A program made the position numbers and the translations under genes. DNA of 62,452 nucleotides, counting the filler, from Chiloscyllium plagiosum (Eukaryota), in assembly GCF_004010195.1 (NCBI RefSeq). It is 3 parts of one record of this genome, joined end to end, with 100 filler letters (N's around TTAATTAATTAA, not from the genome) between each part and the next. Parts side by side here need not be neighbours in the genome. Positions count along the whole stretch, not along the records: positions 28,278 to 58,122 come from NC_057713.1; positions 58,223 to 62,452 come from NC_057713.1; 1 more part is not named here. One strand, 5' to 3'. The notes below the pieces were generated by a model, which worked only from the letters and a program-made list of their open reading frames with translations, was not told where the DNA came from and did not search any database. Shown here one piece after another: positions 49,620 through 62,452 of this stretch; within the stretch, counting starts at the first letter, position 1; each line of letters starts with the position of its first letter.

Positions 49620-50990
49620 TGCAGGTTAAACAAGTCAGTTACACCAAGTACAGAAGGGAAAGGGGGAGAGGAGCAGAACATTAGTCATTGGAGGCTCCAT
49701 AGTTAGGGGGACAGATAGGGGGTTCTGTGGGAATGAGAGAGACTCACAGTTAGTGTGTTGCCTCCCAGATGCCAGGGTTCCTGATGTCTCGGATCGTGTT
49801 TTCGGAATTCTTTGAGGGGGAGGGGGCACAGCCCCAAGTTGTATTCCACATAGATACTGACGGCATAGGTTGGAAAAGGGATGGGGATTTAAGGCAGAAA
49901 TTCAGGGTGCTAGGGTGGATGCTTAGTACTAGAACAAACAGAGTTGTATCTCTGGTTTGTTGCCCATGGCGAGGAAAAGAGATAGAGAGGAGCTGAACGT
50001 GTGGCAATAAGGATGGTGCAGGAGGGAGAGATTCAGATACCATGATAATTGGGGCTCATTCTGGGTAGGTGGGACCTCTACAAACAGGATGGTCTACCCC
50101 TGAACCAGAGGGGTACCAATATCCTGGGGGGGGGATATTTGCTAATGCTCTTCAAGAGAGTTTAAACTAATTCAGGAGGGGAATACAAACCTAAATTGTA
50201 ATTCCAGTGTCCAGGAGATTGACAGTAGTGAGGTCAGAAATGAGGTTTCTAGGTCACAAGTGTTCATCAGCAAGCAGCAAGGTGGTTTGAAGTGTGTCTA
50301 TTTCAACATCAGGAACATCTGGAATAAAGTGGGTGAACTTGCAGCATGGGTTAGTACCTGGGACTTTGATGTTGTGGCAATTTCAGAGACACAGATACAG
50401 CAGGGACACGAGTGGTTGTTGCAGGTTCCAGGATTTAGATGTTCCAGTAAGAACAGAGAAATAGTAAAAGAGGGGAAGGTGTAGCAGTGTTAGTTAAGGA
50501 CAGTATTAAGGTGGAAGAAAGGCCGATTGAGGACTTGGCTACTGAGGTAGTATGGGCTGAGGTTAGAAACAGGAAAGGAGATGTCACCCTGTTAGGAGTT
50601 TTCTATAGGCCTCCGAATAGTTCCAGAAATGTAGAGGAAATGATAGTAAAGATAATTCTGCATAGGTGTGAGAGTAACAGGGTAGTTGTTTTGGGGGTTT
50701 TAATTTTCCAAATATTAACTGGAAATACTACAGCTGCATCCATTTTTGTCCAATGTGTGCAGGCTGGTTTCCTGACACAGTACATAGATAGGCCAACAAG
50801 GGGCTTAGTTCTGGGGATTTGGTACTGAGTAATGAACCGGGCCAGGTGTTAGATTTTGAGGTAGGTGAGCACTTTGGTGATAGTGACCACAATTTGGTTA
50901 TGTTTACTTTAGTGATGGAAAGAGATAGGTATACACTGCAGGGTAAGAGGTATACCTGGGGGAAAGGCTATTACGATGCAATTGGGCAAG
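49620..50990 (+). mobile_element. CR1 5' half: ORF1 SGNH-esterase and ORF2 endonuclease, degenerate
   Basis: VIGGSIVRG and VVFHIDTDGIG (esterase); CVYFNIRNI..DVVAISET, GVFYRPP and GDSDHN (endonuclease). Confidence 0.88.
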
Positions 50991-52615
50991 AGTGCTGACC
51001 TCGTTCACCAGTTTAGCAGTGCTTCAGTTTTTAAATTCTTACCCATGCTTTCAAATCCCTCCCAGGCACCAGTTTTCCCTATCTCTGTAACCTTCTCCAT
51101 TCTAAACAAGCCTTTCAGACCATTGTTCTCCTCCAATCCTGGCACTTTCTGGGTATTAATCACTCCATCATTGGTTCTTAGCTCTGAAGTCCCTCCCAAA
51201 ACCTTCCCACTTCTCTTTGTAATGTCCTCTTAAGTGGCTCAGTGCCAAATTAGTTTGCTAACCCTCCAGTGAAGTGCCTTGTAACTTGCTCCCTTATTAA
51301 AAGTGTTGAATAAATCTAGGTTGGATAAATGGTTGAGATAGGATACTTTGGTAATACTTAGGCAGCATATTTCAGAAATGTAAACCAAAACAATGTTTAG
51401 AGCTACTCAATTAGTCAGAGAACATCTGCAGAGGGAGGAACAGAACTCAAGTTTCATGTCAATGATATTTCTGTTTTTAATTTCAAATTTCCACCATTTG
51501 CAGTTTTCATTTACTTATTCATGGGACGTGAATGTTGCTGGCTCAGTTAGTATTTATTGCCCACTCATAATTGTCTAGAGGGCAGATAAGAGTCAATGAT
51601 ATTGCTATTTGTCTGTAGTCACATGTAGGCCAGACCAGATAAGGACAACAGTTACCTTTCCCAAAACATCAGTCAGCCAGATGGGTTTTTTCAACAAATG
51701 ACCATGATTTCATGGTTTTAATTAATCTTAATTCCAGGTTTTTATTGAATTCAATGTCTGCCATCTTCCATGGTGGGATTTGAACCCATGTCCCTCGAAC
51801 GTTACCTGGGTTTCCGGATTAATAGTCTTACAATAATACAACTGATCCTCACCTCCCCGAGACGTTGCATGAATCATTTACTTTTGTGTTTTACAATGAT
51901 TCAATCCAGACAGAAAGAAAAAATAAATCATGGTATCATAAAAATATACCACATAAGAGACCTTTTGTTTCTGTCTCTCCCTTCAAAGATCTGTTTACAA
52001 TTCCTTCCACTTTGATGCTCTTTCTCCATAGCCTTGCATTTTATTTTACTTCTCAAGTATGGGCTCAACTCCCTTCTGAAAGTTAACATTCAATTTGCAA
52101 TCACTACCCTTTGAGACCGTGACTTAGCTGTTGGTTTGATTCATATATCAGTTTTCATACTGAACAGCAACAATCTGCATTCATATAGCACATCTATCAC
52201 AGTGAATTGTTCCAAGGTGCTATAGAGAGGTACAGTCAGACATAAGTGTTAAGAAAGAATGAGGTGTAAAGTAGGAACAGTGACCAAAAGAGGTTTACTA
52301 TTAGAAGGGTCTTATTCCAATGTGTTCTTCACACAAGCCTGGACCATACTTCCAGGAAGCTATAAAGTCACCATTATTAATAATTTGTAAATGATGGTGT
52401 TGAAAGGCAACATGCTCTTCCACATATTTTCCCATCTCTGAACAGAGTACTAGTGCATGATTACTGAGGTCCTGGTATACCTTAGATACATAGCGACATA
52501 TGTCCTATATTCCTGTGTTCCAATATACATATTCACTAAACCCTACCTTTATAGAAATATTGGTAGAGATGGAAAGGAATTGAGAGAAGCAATGTCAGAA
52601 AGTCGCTCTAACATT

Positions 52616-52841
52616 ATGAAAAATAAAAACCAACAAAGTCCGCAGATGCTGTAAATCAGAAACAAAAACAGAAGTTGCTGGAAAAGCTCAGCAGATTTGG
52701 CAGCAATTGTGAAGAGAAATCAGTGTTAACATTTCGAGTTGAGTTCTGAGGAACGGTTACTTGACCTGGAATGTTAACTCTGATTTCTCTCCACAGATAT
52801 TGCCAGACCCTGCTGAGCTTTTCCAGCAATTTCTGTTTTAA
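52616..52841. mobile_element. Fold-back mini element (fourth family) with 10-bp TSD
   Basis: Arms ~52665-52735 and ~52770-52839 around a decayed core CTGAGGAACGGTTACTTGACCTGGAATGTT. TSD CTCTAACATT at 52606-52615 and 52842-52851. Confidence 0.8.
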
Positions 52842-54831
52842 CTCTAACATTGTAATGCCTAAAAGGCACAGACCTCCAATGGTGAGCAAAGGGTGATGGA
52901 GAGTTTGGAAGGAAGAGAGGAGAAAGGTTATTTGTCAGGCTGCAAGAGGGGCAAGACTGCCAATGAGACTAAGAACTTTAGGTTTGAGTTGTTCTGTGAC
53001 ATTTATTGGACTGTGGGGTTTCCAACTATCATACCCCCAACCTCCCACAGAGAAAGCTAGTGGAGAATGTACCCCTTTTCCTGAAGACCTCCCAGCAGGC
53101 TATTTATCACATTGTGGGACACGTTGGTTTGAGGCAGGACTTACGCCCTCCTCCAGCTGGGGCAGCTCGTCCGGAGAGCTGTTGGCTAATCTGATTAATC
53201 GGTCTTGTGCCAACAGCACCATCAGAGGCAGCTGCCACTCCTGGGAATAGACCGAGTCCAATAGAACAATGTTCCATGGACTGAGGAAACAGGAATATCC
53301 TACTGTGGCTAGGAGAGGGAACTTGGGAAAGGGTAGAAATGAATTTGGAAAGGACATGAGTAGTTTGGGGCTAAGGGGAAATGGGGATGGGGTATACCCA
53401 GTTGGGCAGATCTCCAGGGCAGGGGATTGATGAGGTCCCAGTAGGAAAAGGAGATATGTGGAAGAGGCATACCCCATTCCTGCCAGATATCTGTGTTGAT
53501 TAACCTGCCTGATGTGTCCTCTTGACCTCCTCACATTGGCCTGAAATTGTGACAGTGTAGGGTGTGCCTTTCAAGTGGCCATTATGCGTTTCAATTGGAA
53601 TGAGGATGAGCAGGCTGTCTAGGCCTCTCCTACTCCTGTAAATTCACTGCTACATCAATGGCCTATGAGTGAGTAAGTAGCAGGAAGGGTATTGCACAAC
53701 TTCAAAGCCGTCACACACCTATATTACCAGCAACCTAAGGTTCAAACATAGAAGAGCAAGGACAGGAGTGATGACTGAGTGGGATTTCTAATGTTAATAA
53801 CAAAACCCATGAAGGTTATCAGGAGACCAATGAATTAGTGATGTCTGAGAATCAAAGGCATGGATGAAGATTTCAGAAAGCTGACCTGAGGTATAGCTAG
53901 AGGTTAATAATGTTGCAATTAAGTAATCTTTGAGATGAAAGCCAGAAGCTTAGCTCAGTTTGAGAGGGGGATACTCTGGTGTTCAACACTTTATCAAAAG
54001 ATGTAGTATTATAAGTATAGCAACAGCAACTATTGATTTTCATCTGGGTAATAGCAGTTTTAAAATATAAACATATTATTTATTTTGAAAAATGGCATTC
54101 AGGCACTAATCTGTCAAGATGTACATTTTTTAAATTCAGTGCTCTGTGATCCTGCTATTTGTGATTTTAAGATATAATAATATTCTTGTCTTCTTTAACT
54201 GTTAACTTGGCTGCAAGAGCAGCAAGCAGCATGTTGCTAAGGGGATTTACTTTGTAGTCCAGGGGAAAAAAAATGATTGCAGGAACTTGGAGTCAATGAG
54301 ATAGTTCCATATTGTCACTCAACAGATTTTTATTGATAGTCCTTCTCTTCCTGAATTCACTGGAGCCTTGGAGAAGAGCAGGATATTGTCACTTTAGTCA
54401 CAAAGACCCTGTCTGCTTCTGAACTAATGAACCACAAGGGAAATAAATTGACCGCACCGAACGGTGTAATGGTACTAAATGTTCCTCAAACAGCTATCAG
54501 GTGCTAGCTCCTTTCAAATAACTTCAGTTGATATTGAATTTAGGGCCACAAGGTCATCAGCTCCATTCAATGAGATTGTGAGAAGTAGTTGGTGCTTAAC
54601 GCTTTCCGTTTCATTGCTATTTTCCCATTTAACTGGATGAATTTGACATAGGCTTGATAGAACGTAGATTCTGGGATCCTATCAGCCAGCAACATATCAA
54701 ACAGTGACTGGGTATCACTTTGAAAGTGCAACTGAGATTCCGAAGAGGCCAGAAACATTTCATATGAGATTGGGGAGGGGACCAATTTATGGGGAGTGGG
54801 GACTCAATCACAGGAGGGATGATGCAGCTTA

Positions 54832-55325
54832 CAGTCATAGAGATGTACAGCATGGAAACAGACCCTTCGGTCCAACTCGTCCATGCCCACCAGATATCCC
54901 AACCCAATCTAGTCCCACCTGCCAGCATCTGGCCCATATCCCTCCAAACCCTTCCTATTCATTTACCCATCCAAATGCCTCGTAAATGTTGCAATTGTAC
55001 CAGCCTCCACCACTTCCTCTGGCAGCTTATTCCATACATCTACCACTCTCTGTGTGAAAGAGTTGCCCTGTAGGTCTCTTTTATATCTTTCTCCTCTCAC
55101 CCGAAACCTATGCCCTCTAGTTCTGGACTCCCCAACCCCAGGGAAAAGACTTTGTCTATTTACCCTAGCCATGCCCCTCATAATTTTGTAAACCTCTATA
55201 AGGTCACCCCTCAGCCTCCGACACTCCAGGGAAAACAGCCCCAGCCTGTTCAGCCTGTCCCTAGAGCTCAAATCCTCCAACCCTGGCAACATCCTTGTAA
55301 ATCTTTTCTGAGCCCTTTCAAGCTT
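54832..55325 (-). mobile_element. Young CR1 3' end
   Basis: ORF 54963-55343. Near-identical to 61961-62452. Confidence 0.95.
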
Positions 55326-57833
55326 CGAAACATATACCTTCATTCTGCTAATTCCTTTAAGAGTTGCTGGTTAAGCTATGCACACTCACTATTTTGTATC
55401 TCCAACTAGCAACTTTGATTTGTTCCCAATTTTCAGATTGTTAATTGGCTCCTCCTTGAAACAATGTGAGTCCTTTGGCTGCGCATCTGAAGGGCCAGTG
55501 AAAATGCCAATAGGTAGGTTAAGTATGGAAATCTTATAGAGTCATAATTGTAGAGTTTCATAGCACGGACATCTTCCTGGCAAGATTCTTATATAAATCA
55601 ATTTTGTGTTGATTTTAAATACTAGTTTACTTGTTAAATGTTCCATAGTCACTGCAATTGAATTCCAAATCATTAGAAGCTGTTCAGTTTATATCTTCTT
55701 CACATCAATCATATGAATATATACACTCTACACTTCATGTCAGAGTGTAAGCTGATTAATAATGCTGTTGCTTCTCAATATGGTCTTGGCTTTCCCAATG
55801 CATAATCCATGCTCCTCCTGTTGATGAAGGAGATAACTGAGCTATCTAAAATGCAAGGAATTAGAAAACTTGCAAGGCATACTGATTTGGCTGTTGATAT
55901 TTTGGAGAAAAGGTGCATTGTCAATATTTGGAGTACTAACATTAAGAGCACAGAGTTACGGTATTGAAGGTAAAGTTTACTTCGGTAATTGAGAAAGTTA
56001 AATCTGGAGTGCCAAAGACACCACATGAAAAGTCAATACTTAAGTAGACCATGACTACAAATGGGATTGGTGAAGAGGTGCGGCTTATTGGACCTGGTTA
56101 CTTTGAAAAATTGTACAGGATACTCTGATGTTTTGTTACTATTACCAGACAGGGCAATATGGTTTAATGGATTGGATTAAAACAGAACTCACATTATTTA
56201 GGCATTGATAAAGTTATTAACATCACAAAATGTGAAGATTAACGGTACTTAATGGTTTGGTTCCATTTTGAATACCATTTGCATTTTTCTTCTCAGACTC
56301 TTGCATGGAACTGTTGATGTTACTGTTGCATCATTTCATCACCATGGCCATGAACACATGACTGAACACTTTACCCCAAGTAGAATCATGCATTTAAATA
56401 ATAATCTTCCATAATTCTTTAAGCTTTTGACATTCCTAAAATCTCCATCCAATGTCCAATGTTCACAGGTGAAGCTTTTGTGGGACCTTTACAGTTCTCC
56501 CTAATCTGGTCCTTGTTGACTGAGAGTAGTGGTATTTGACCAGTTCACTGACACAATCACCATTCTGTGAAGTGATTGATGATTGAGTGACTGTGCATAC
56601 TCAGCGTCGTCTTCAGCTGCGAAATCACTGGGTGTTTCTGGTCCTTCCCAAATCTGTCCAATATCCATATCTGACATGGAATACCTCTTCCTTCCTTTGT
56701 GGCATCGGGGAAACACACATGTGGAGCCTTTGCCGAGTTTAACCTGATAGTCTGATTCCCTCTTTTCTGAACCCTCATTGATATATAAGGTTAAACTAGG
56801 AAAGCAGAGTATTTTCATAGAAATAAACTTTCACTTCACATTTGGTTCACAAAATCCTTTGGCTGTCTCTCTGTCTCTCCACGAGGTCCCTCACTGAAAA
56901 AGAAACACCTTTTCCTCTTGAGAGGAACAGCCTGACTGCTTGAGCTTGCAGGACCCAAGTCCTCCCTCACGGTGTCACAGGAGGGCCTTTTGCATCAAGA
57001 ACTCTCACAAGCCCAAAGCACCATCTCTGATGAATGCCTTAAGACATCTAAATAACATTCTGTTGAGTTTGTCTTCAATTTCTCCAGTTAATGCTGATGA
57101 ATGCCCCCAAGCAATGGGTGTAATAACCTTTGGAAACTTTAAAGACATAAAGACATGACATCTTGAAATAACATAATATGGTACTCATGTTTGAGCTTAA
57201 ATGAAAGAACTGTGGGCATTCTCAGTCAAAATCTTCCCTGTTGTCCTACAATCAGACTTTATCTATTACTTTCAGTTGTGTACATCCATGATTTCTCAGT
57301 AAAGATCTCCTTTGTTAGAGGTTAAAAGGTAAGAGGTTCTTGCTCATTTCTTGCCCCTTGTAGCAAGGGATGGTAGTGATTTGACCTCTTGTGTGGAGAT
57401 AAACACAGAGTGTGCTGGAGAATCTCAGCAGTCTGATAGAACCTATGGAAAGAGAAACAGAGTTCATGTTTTGTGTCCAGTATGACTCTTCTTAAGAATT
57501 GCAGAACTCCATATTTGGAGATCTGTGCTTCCTTGACCTTACAAGTTGCCTCTTCATGGCAGGTCGTTTCCTGTTTTATGCCATTCCAATTGGTTTGCCA
57601 GTTGTGGTAATGCCCACACCGGTGTCAAGCTTTAACTCAGTTTCTAAACCTCTAACCTTAAGAGCAGCTGGCCCAAAGTTTTGTTCTTAATTCTTTAATT
57701 CTCCTGGCAATCTGCATTCTAACTTCTTTTCTTCTGCTCATTTTCCATTTTCTTGGATAGCCACTGAAAAGCAGAAATTCTTTTTCTTTTGATTGTACAT
57801 TTAGATTTGCAGGGCTTTTTGAAATGTAATGAA

Positions 57834-58122
57834 GAGAAAATGAGGTCTGCAGATGCTGGAGATCAGAGATGGAAATGTGTTGCTGGAGAAGCGCAGCAGG
57901 TCAGGCAGCATCTAGGGAACAGGAGAATCAACGTTTCGGGCATTAGCCCTTCTTCAGGAATGAGGAAAGTTTGTCCAGCAGGCTAAGATAAAAGATAGGG
58001 AGGAGGGACTTGGGGGAGGGGCGTTGGAAATGCGATAGGTGGAAAAAGGTCAAGGTGAGGGTGATAGGACAGATTGGGGTGGGGGCGGAGAGGTCGGGAA
58101 GAAGATTGCAGGTTAGGGAGGC
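57834..58122 (-). mobile_element. Penelope-like terminal repeat with hammerhead motif, running into the gap
   Basis: Minus strand CTGAAGAAGGGCTAATGCCCGAAACGTT at ~57929-57957. Confidence 0.8.
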
Positions 58123-58222
58123 NNNNNNNNNNNNNNNNNNNNNNNNNNNNNNNNNNNNNNNNNNNNTTAATTAATTAANNNNNNNNNNNNNNNNNNNNNN
58201 NNNNNNNNNNNNNNNNNNNNNN
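58123..58222. other. Artificial scaffold join (44N-TTAATTAATTAA-44N)
   Basis: Same linker as 28178-28277. Confidence 0.97.
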
Positions 58223-59683
58223 GTTATACCACTTTTTAAGAAAGGTGGGAGAGAGAAAGCAGGAAATTATAGACCAGTTAGTCTGACCTCAGTGGTGGGA
58301 AAGATGCTGGAGTCTATTATAAAGGATGAAATTACGACACATCTGGATAGTAGTAACAGGATAGGTCAGAGTCAGCATGGATTTATGAAGGGGAAATCAT
58401 GCTTGACTAATCTTCTTGAATTTTTTGAGGATGTAACTCTGAAGATGGACGAGGGAGATCCAGTAGATGTAGTGTCCCTGGACTTTCAGAAAGCTTTCAA
58501 TAAAGTCCCACATAGGAGGTTAGTGAGCAAAATCAGGGCTCATGGTATTGGGGGCAAAGTACTAACTTGGATTGAAATTTGGTTGGCTGACAGGAAACAA
58601 AGAGTAGTGATAAACGGCTCCCTTTTGGAATGGCAGGCAGTGACCAGTGGGGTACCGCAGGGATCAGTGCTGGGACTGCAGCTTTTTACAATATATATTA
58701 ATGATATAGAAGATGGTATTAGTAATAACATTAGCAAATTTGCTGATGATACGAAGCTGGATAGCAGGGTGAAATGTGAGGAGGATGTTAGGAGATTACA
58801 GGGTAACCTGGACAGATTAGGTGAGTGGTCAGATGCATGGCAGATGCAGTTTAATGTGGATAAATGTATGGTTATCCACTTTGGTGGCAAGAACAGGAAG
58901 GCAGATTACTACCTCAATGGAATCAATTTAGGTAAAGGGGCATTACAAAGAGATCTGGGTGTTCTTGTACACCAGTCAATGAAGGTAAGCATGCAGGTAC
59001 AGCAGGTAGTGAAGAAGGCTAATAGCATTCTGGCCTTCATAACAAGAGGGATTGAGTATAGAAGCAAAGATAAGTGGGAAAATGCTGTACAGGACCTTCT
59101 GCAGCTGTACAGGACCCTGGTGAGACCACACCTGGAGTATTGTATGCAGTTCTGGTCTCCAAATTTGAGGAAAGACATTCTGGCTATTGAGGGAGTGCAG
59201 CGTAGGTTCACGAGGTCAACTCCTGGAATGGCGAGACTACCTTATGCTGAAAGATTGGAGCGACTGGGAATGTATACCCGTGAGTTTAGAAGACTGAGAG
59301 GGGATCTGATTGAGACATATAAGATTATTAAAGGATTGGACACTCTGGAGGCAGGAAACATGTTTCCGCTGATGGGTGAGTGCCGAACCAGAGGACACAG
59401 CTTAAAAATACGGGGTAGACCATTTAGGACAGAAATGAGGAGAAACTTCTTCACCCAGAGAGTGGTTGCTGTATGGAATGCTCTGCCCCAGAGGGCAGTG
59501 GAGGCCCAACCTCTGGATTCATTTAAGAAAGAGTTGGATAGAGCTCTCAAGGATAGTGGAATCAAGGGTTATGGAGATAAGGCAGGAACAGGATACTGAT
59601 TAAGGATGATCAGCCATAATCATATTGAATGGTGGTGCAGGCTTGAAGGGTGGAATGGCCTACTCCTGCACCTATTGTCTATC
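58223..59683 (+). mobile_element. CR1 LINE with uninterrupted RT frame (58223-59599) and 3'UTR
   Basis: Frame is open from the gap: [30 protein letters not shown], through ..KGYGDKAGTGY*. Tail CTATTGTCTAT. Confidence 0.96.
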
Positions 59684-59817
59684 TTCTTCTCATAAGGCCG
59701 TGCCTCCACATCAGCCTAGTGAAGCTTCAATGGGCTGCCCCCAATGCCAGTATATTTTTCCTTACATTAGGGGTCAAAAAGTGTTCACTGTATTCCAGCT
59801 GTGGTTTGACAAGTGCG

Positions 59818-59945
59818 TTCCTGATGAAGGGTTCCAGCCGAAACATCGATTCTCCTGCTCCTTGCCTGCTACCTGACCTACTGGACTTTTCCAGCAACAC
59901 ACTCGCGACTCTGATCTCCAGCAACTGCAGACCTCACTTTCTCTT
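59818..59945 (+). mobile_element. Penelope-type terminal repeat beginning at the hammerhead core
   Basis: CCTGATGAAGGGTTCCAGCCGAAACATC...CTGCAGACCTCACTTTCTC, inserted in an old minus-strand CR1. Confidence 0.75.
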
Positions 59946-59994
59946 AAGTGCCTTGTAATAGTTTCATAAGATCTCCTCAACATTATACTCCATT

Positions 59995-60282
59995 GCTGAA
60001 AAATGTGTTGCTGGAAAAGCACAGCAGGTCAGGCAGCATCCAAGAAGCAGGAGAATCGATGTTTCGGGCATAAGCCCTTCTTCAGGGCTTATGCCTGAAA
60101 CGTCAATTCTTCTGCTCCAGCATCTGCAGTCCTCACTTTCTCCTAATTATACTCCTGAAGAAGGGCTTATGTCCAAAACGTCGATTCTCCTGCTCCTTGG
60201 ATGCTGCCTGACCTGCTGTGCTTTTCCAGCAACACATTTTTCAGCTCTGATCTCCAGCATCTGCAGTCCTCACTTTCTCCTA
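59995..60282. mobile_element. Compound fold-back mini element with 13-bp TSD
   Basis: An inverted arm, a short direct copy, then a full direct copy. TSD ATT(A/G)TACTCCATT at 59982-59994 and 60283-60295. Confidence 0.85.
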
Positions 60283-61157
60283 ATTGTACTCCATTTCCTT
60301 AGTCAATTTGCCTTTCCCAATACCCACTTAACTTGCAGGCTAGCTTTTTGTAGTTCATATACAAGAACTCTCAAAGCTCTGTGCTGCAGCTTTCTGCAGA
60401 CTTTTCCCATTTAAATAACTTTCAGCTCTTCTGGTCATCCTGCCAAAATTCATAACCTCACACTTTGGACTATTATATTCCATCTGCTAAATATTTTCCC
60501 AATCTACCATGAATTTACAAGAAAATCAGACAGCATTTACTTATTTATTATTGGATTTATTGACTAAACTTGCATGTGGACAACACTTGAGCCTCAATTA
60601 AGAGCAATTAATTACCTTTATGGAGGAAACTTTCCTCACACCAATAAAAAGCTTTCCTACTGATTCCCATCAATTAGTTGTACTTGGGTTCTTTGACTCT
60701 CACCTGCTTCAATTCAGATCAATCTGCACACACAATACTTCTACAGAATTCACAGCTCTGAACTGTTAAGTTAGTAATACACATACAACCCTATCATAGC
60801 CTACTTCCCCTGAAGCCTCTCACCTTGGAGATGGTACTTGTCTACATGAAAACAGTATAAATGATGAGCTACAGACCTTAAAATCATTTTATACTGAGTG
60901 GCTGCAATGACACTAACATCTTGCTGTCATAAGCAATGAAATTCTGCTGTACCGAGTGGATGAGAAATGAAGCTAGTGAAGCCAGTAGTAGCAAGTTGGC
61001 ACTAAATCAAAATGGTCAGAGAGCTACTGCAGACACAATGGCATGGATGGCCTCCTTCTGCACCAAAACAAATCTGTGATTCTGTGAAAGACTTTAAAAA
61101 AGATCAAATTCCTTACTTTCAGCAACGTAATTGTCAAGGAGTATGATGGATTTATTA

Positions 61158-61412
<255 letters not shown>

Positions 61413-61960
61413 TCAAATGCTGAGTATGGTAAGCTGAAGATATTGAAACAGATGTAATCCCAGAACTCTTACAGATATATTTAATCAACCTATTCAGATA
61501 TACTATGACACACATCTTTACAGCATGTGGGACCTGAAACCAACCTTTTGCCCAGGTGTAGGGACTTCTGCAACACAAGATCCTCCCCAGTATCTTATAG
61601 GTTTGCTGATCTCAATTAGACCACTATAGATGGGTTCAATATACCACATATTGATAGACAGTGAAAGAAAAAAAATTCAGTCAGGCTTTCCCATTACTGA
61701 CTGATAATTGTCAGTAGTGTCGGCGTTAACTTAGTACACAATGTGGCTGGGCTGCAACGCTGCCTACCTTTGAATAATCTCCAAACACTCGCAAGGAGAA
61801 TGGACTTTTGGACAAAGTGTTAGTGGTGTAATAGCTCTGCTTCAGGAAAGAAAGGCAAAAGGTGAACCGAAAACTTAGCAAAAATAATTACTTGTATGAC
61901 CTCAATCCCAAACCCTAATCCAAGGCATGTGCTGAGCAAACTAATTTCTAACACTTCTAA

Positions 61961-62452
61961 AGTCATAGAGATGTACAGCATGGAAACAGACCCTTTGGAC
62001 CAACTTATCCATGCTGACCAGATATCCCAACCCAATCTAGTCCCACCTGCCAGCACCCAGCCCATATCCCTCCAAACCCTTCCTATTCATTAACCCATCC
62101 AGATGCCTTTTAAATGATGCAATTGTACCAGCCTCCACCACTTCCTCTGGCAGCTCATTCCATACACGCACCACCCTCTGCGTGAAAAAGTTGCCCCTTA
62201 GGTCACTTTTATATCTTTCCCCTCTCACCCTAAACCTATGCCCTCTCGTTCTGGACTTCCCGACCCCAGGGAAAAGACTTTGCCTATTTATCCTATTCAT
62301 GCCCCTCATGATTTTATAAACCTCTATAAGGTCACCCCTCAGCCTCCGATGCACCAGGGAAAACAGCCCCAGCCTATTTAACCTCTCCCTATAGCTCAAA
62401 TCCTCCAACCCTGGCAACATCCTTGTAAATCTTTTCTGAACCCTTTCAAGTT
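61961..62452 (-). mobile_element. Young CR1 3' end
   Basis: ORF 62037-62420 is the CR1 ORF2 C-terminus. Confidence 0.95.

Noticed and set aside
53145..53240. Exon-like 96-nt minus-strand segment with good cag| and |gtaagt sites (EWQLPLMVLLAQDRLIRLANSSPDELPQLEEG)
   Set aside because: No similarity to PTP4A or MAP3K. The sequence and flanks resemble a GC-rich dispersed shark repeat, and it cannot be supported without RNA data.

Overview
Vertebrate genomic DNA, almost certainly a shark or other elasmobranch (HE1-like tRNA SINEs, abundant CR1 LINEs, Penelope-like elements). It is repeat-dense and comes from a draft assembly with one plain N gap and two artificial 44N-TTAATTAATTAA-44N joins. Two host genes are visible, both on the minus strand. 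(1) A PRL phosphatase (PTP4A family): start-codon exon 14108-14673 and next coding exon 4938-5030, neither listed in the ORF track. Its 5'UTR carries a 21-codon uORF (MEFVRNSSGYCPAQHSIFSDK) resembling the Mg2+-responsive PTP4A uORF. (2) One kinase-domain exon of a MAP3K2/MAP3K3-type (MEKK) gene at 61211-61340; I could not find its last two exons in the assembled sequence. The most striking non-genic signal is a recurrent class of 140-620 bp fold-back (palindromic) insertions built from Penelope-like terminal repeats. They come from at least four sequence families, most have target-site duplications, and most fold next to a minimal hammerhead-ribozyme core. Also present: an intact-looking L1 5' end, a long open CR1 RT frame, Rex1, pogo/Tigger and Harbinger remnants, and an unexplained hairpin-rich ~170-bp tandem duplication. 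Repeat boundaries were read by eye and are approximate. Comparisons with reference proteins are from memory and need confirmation.
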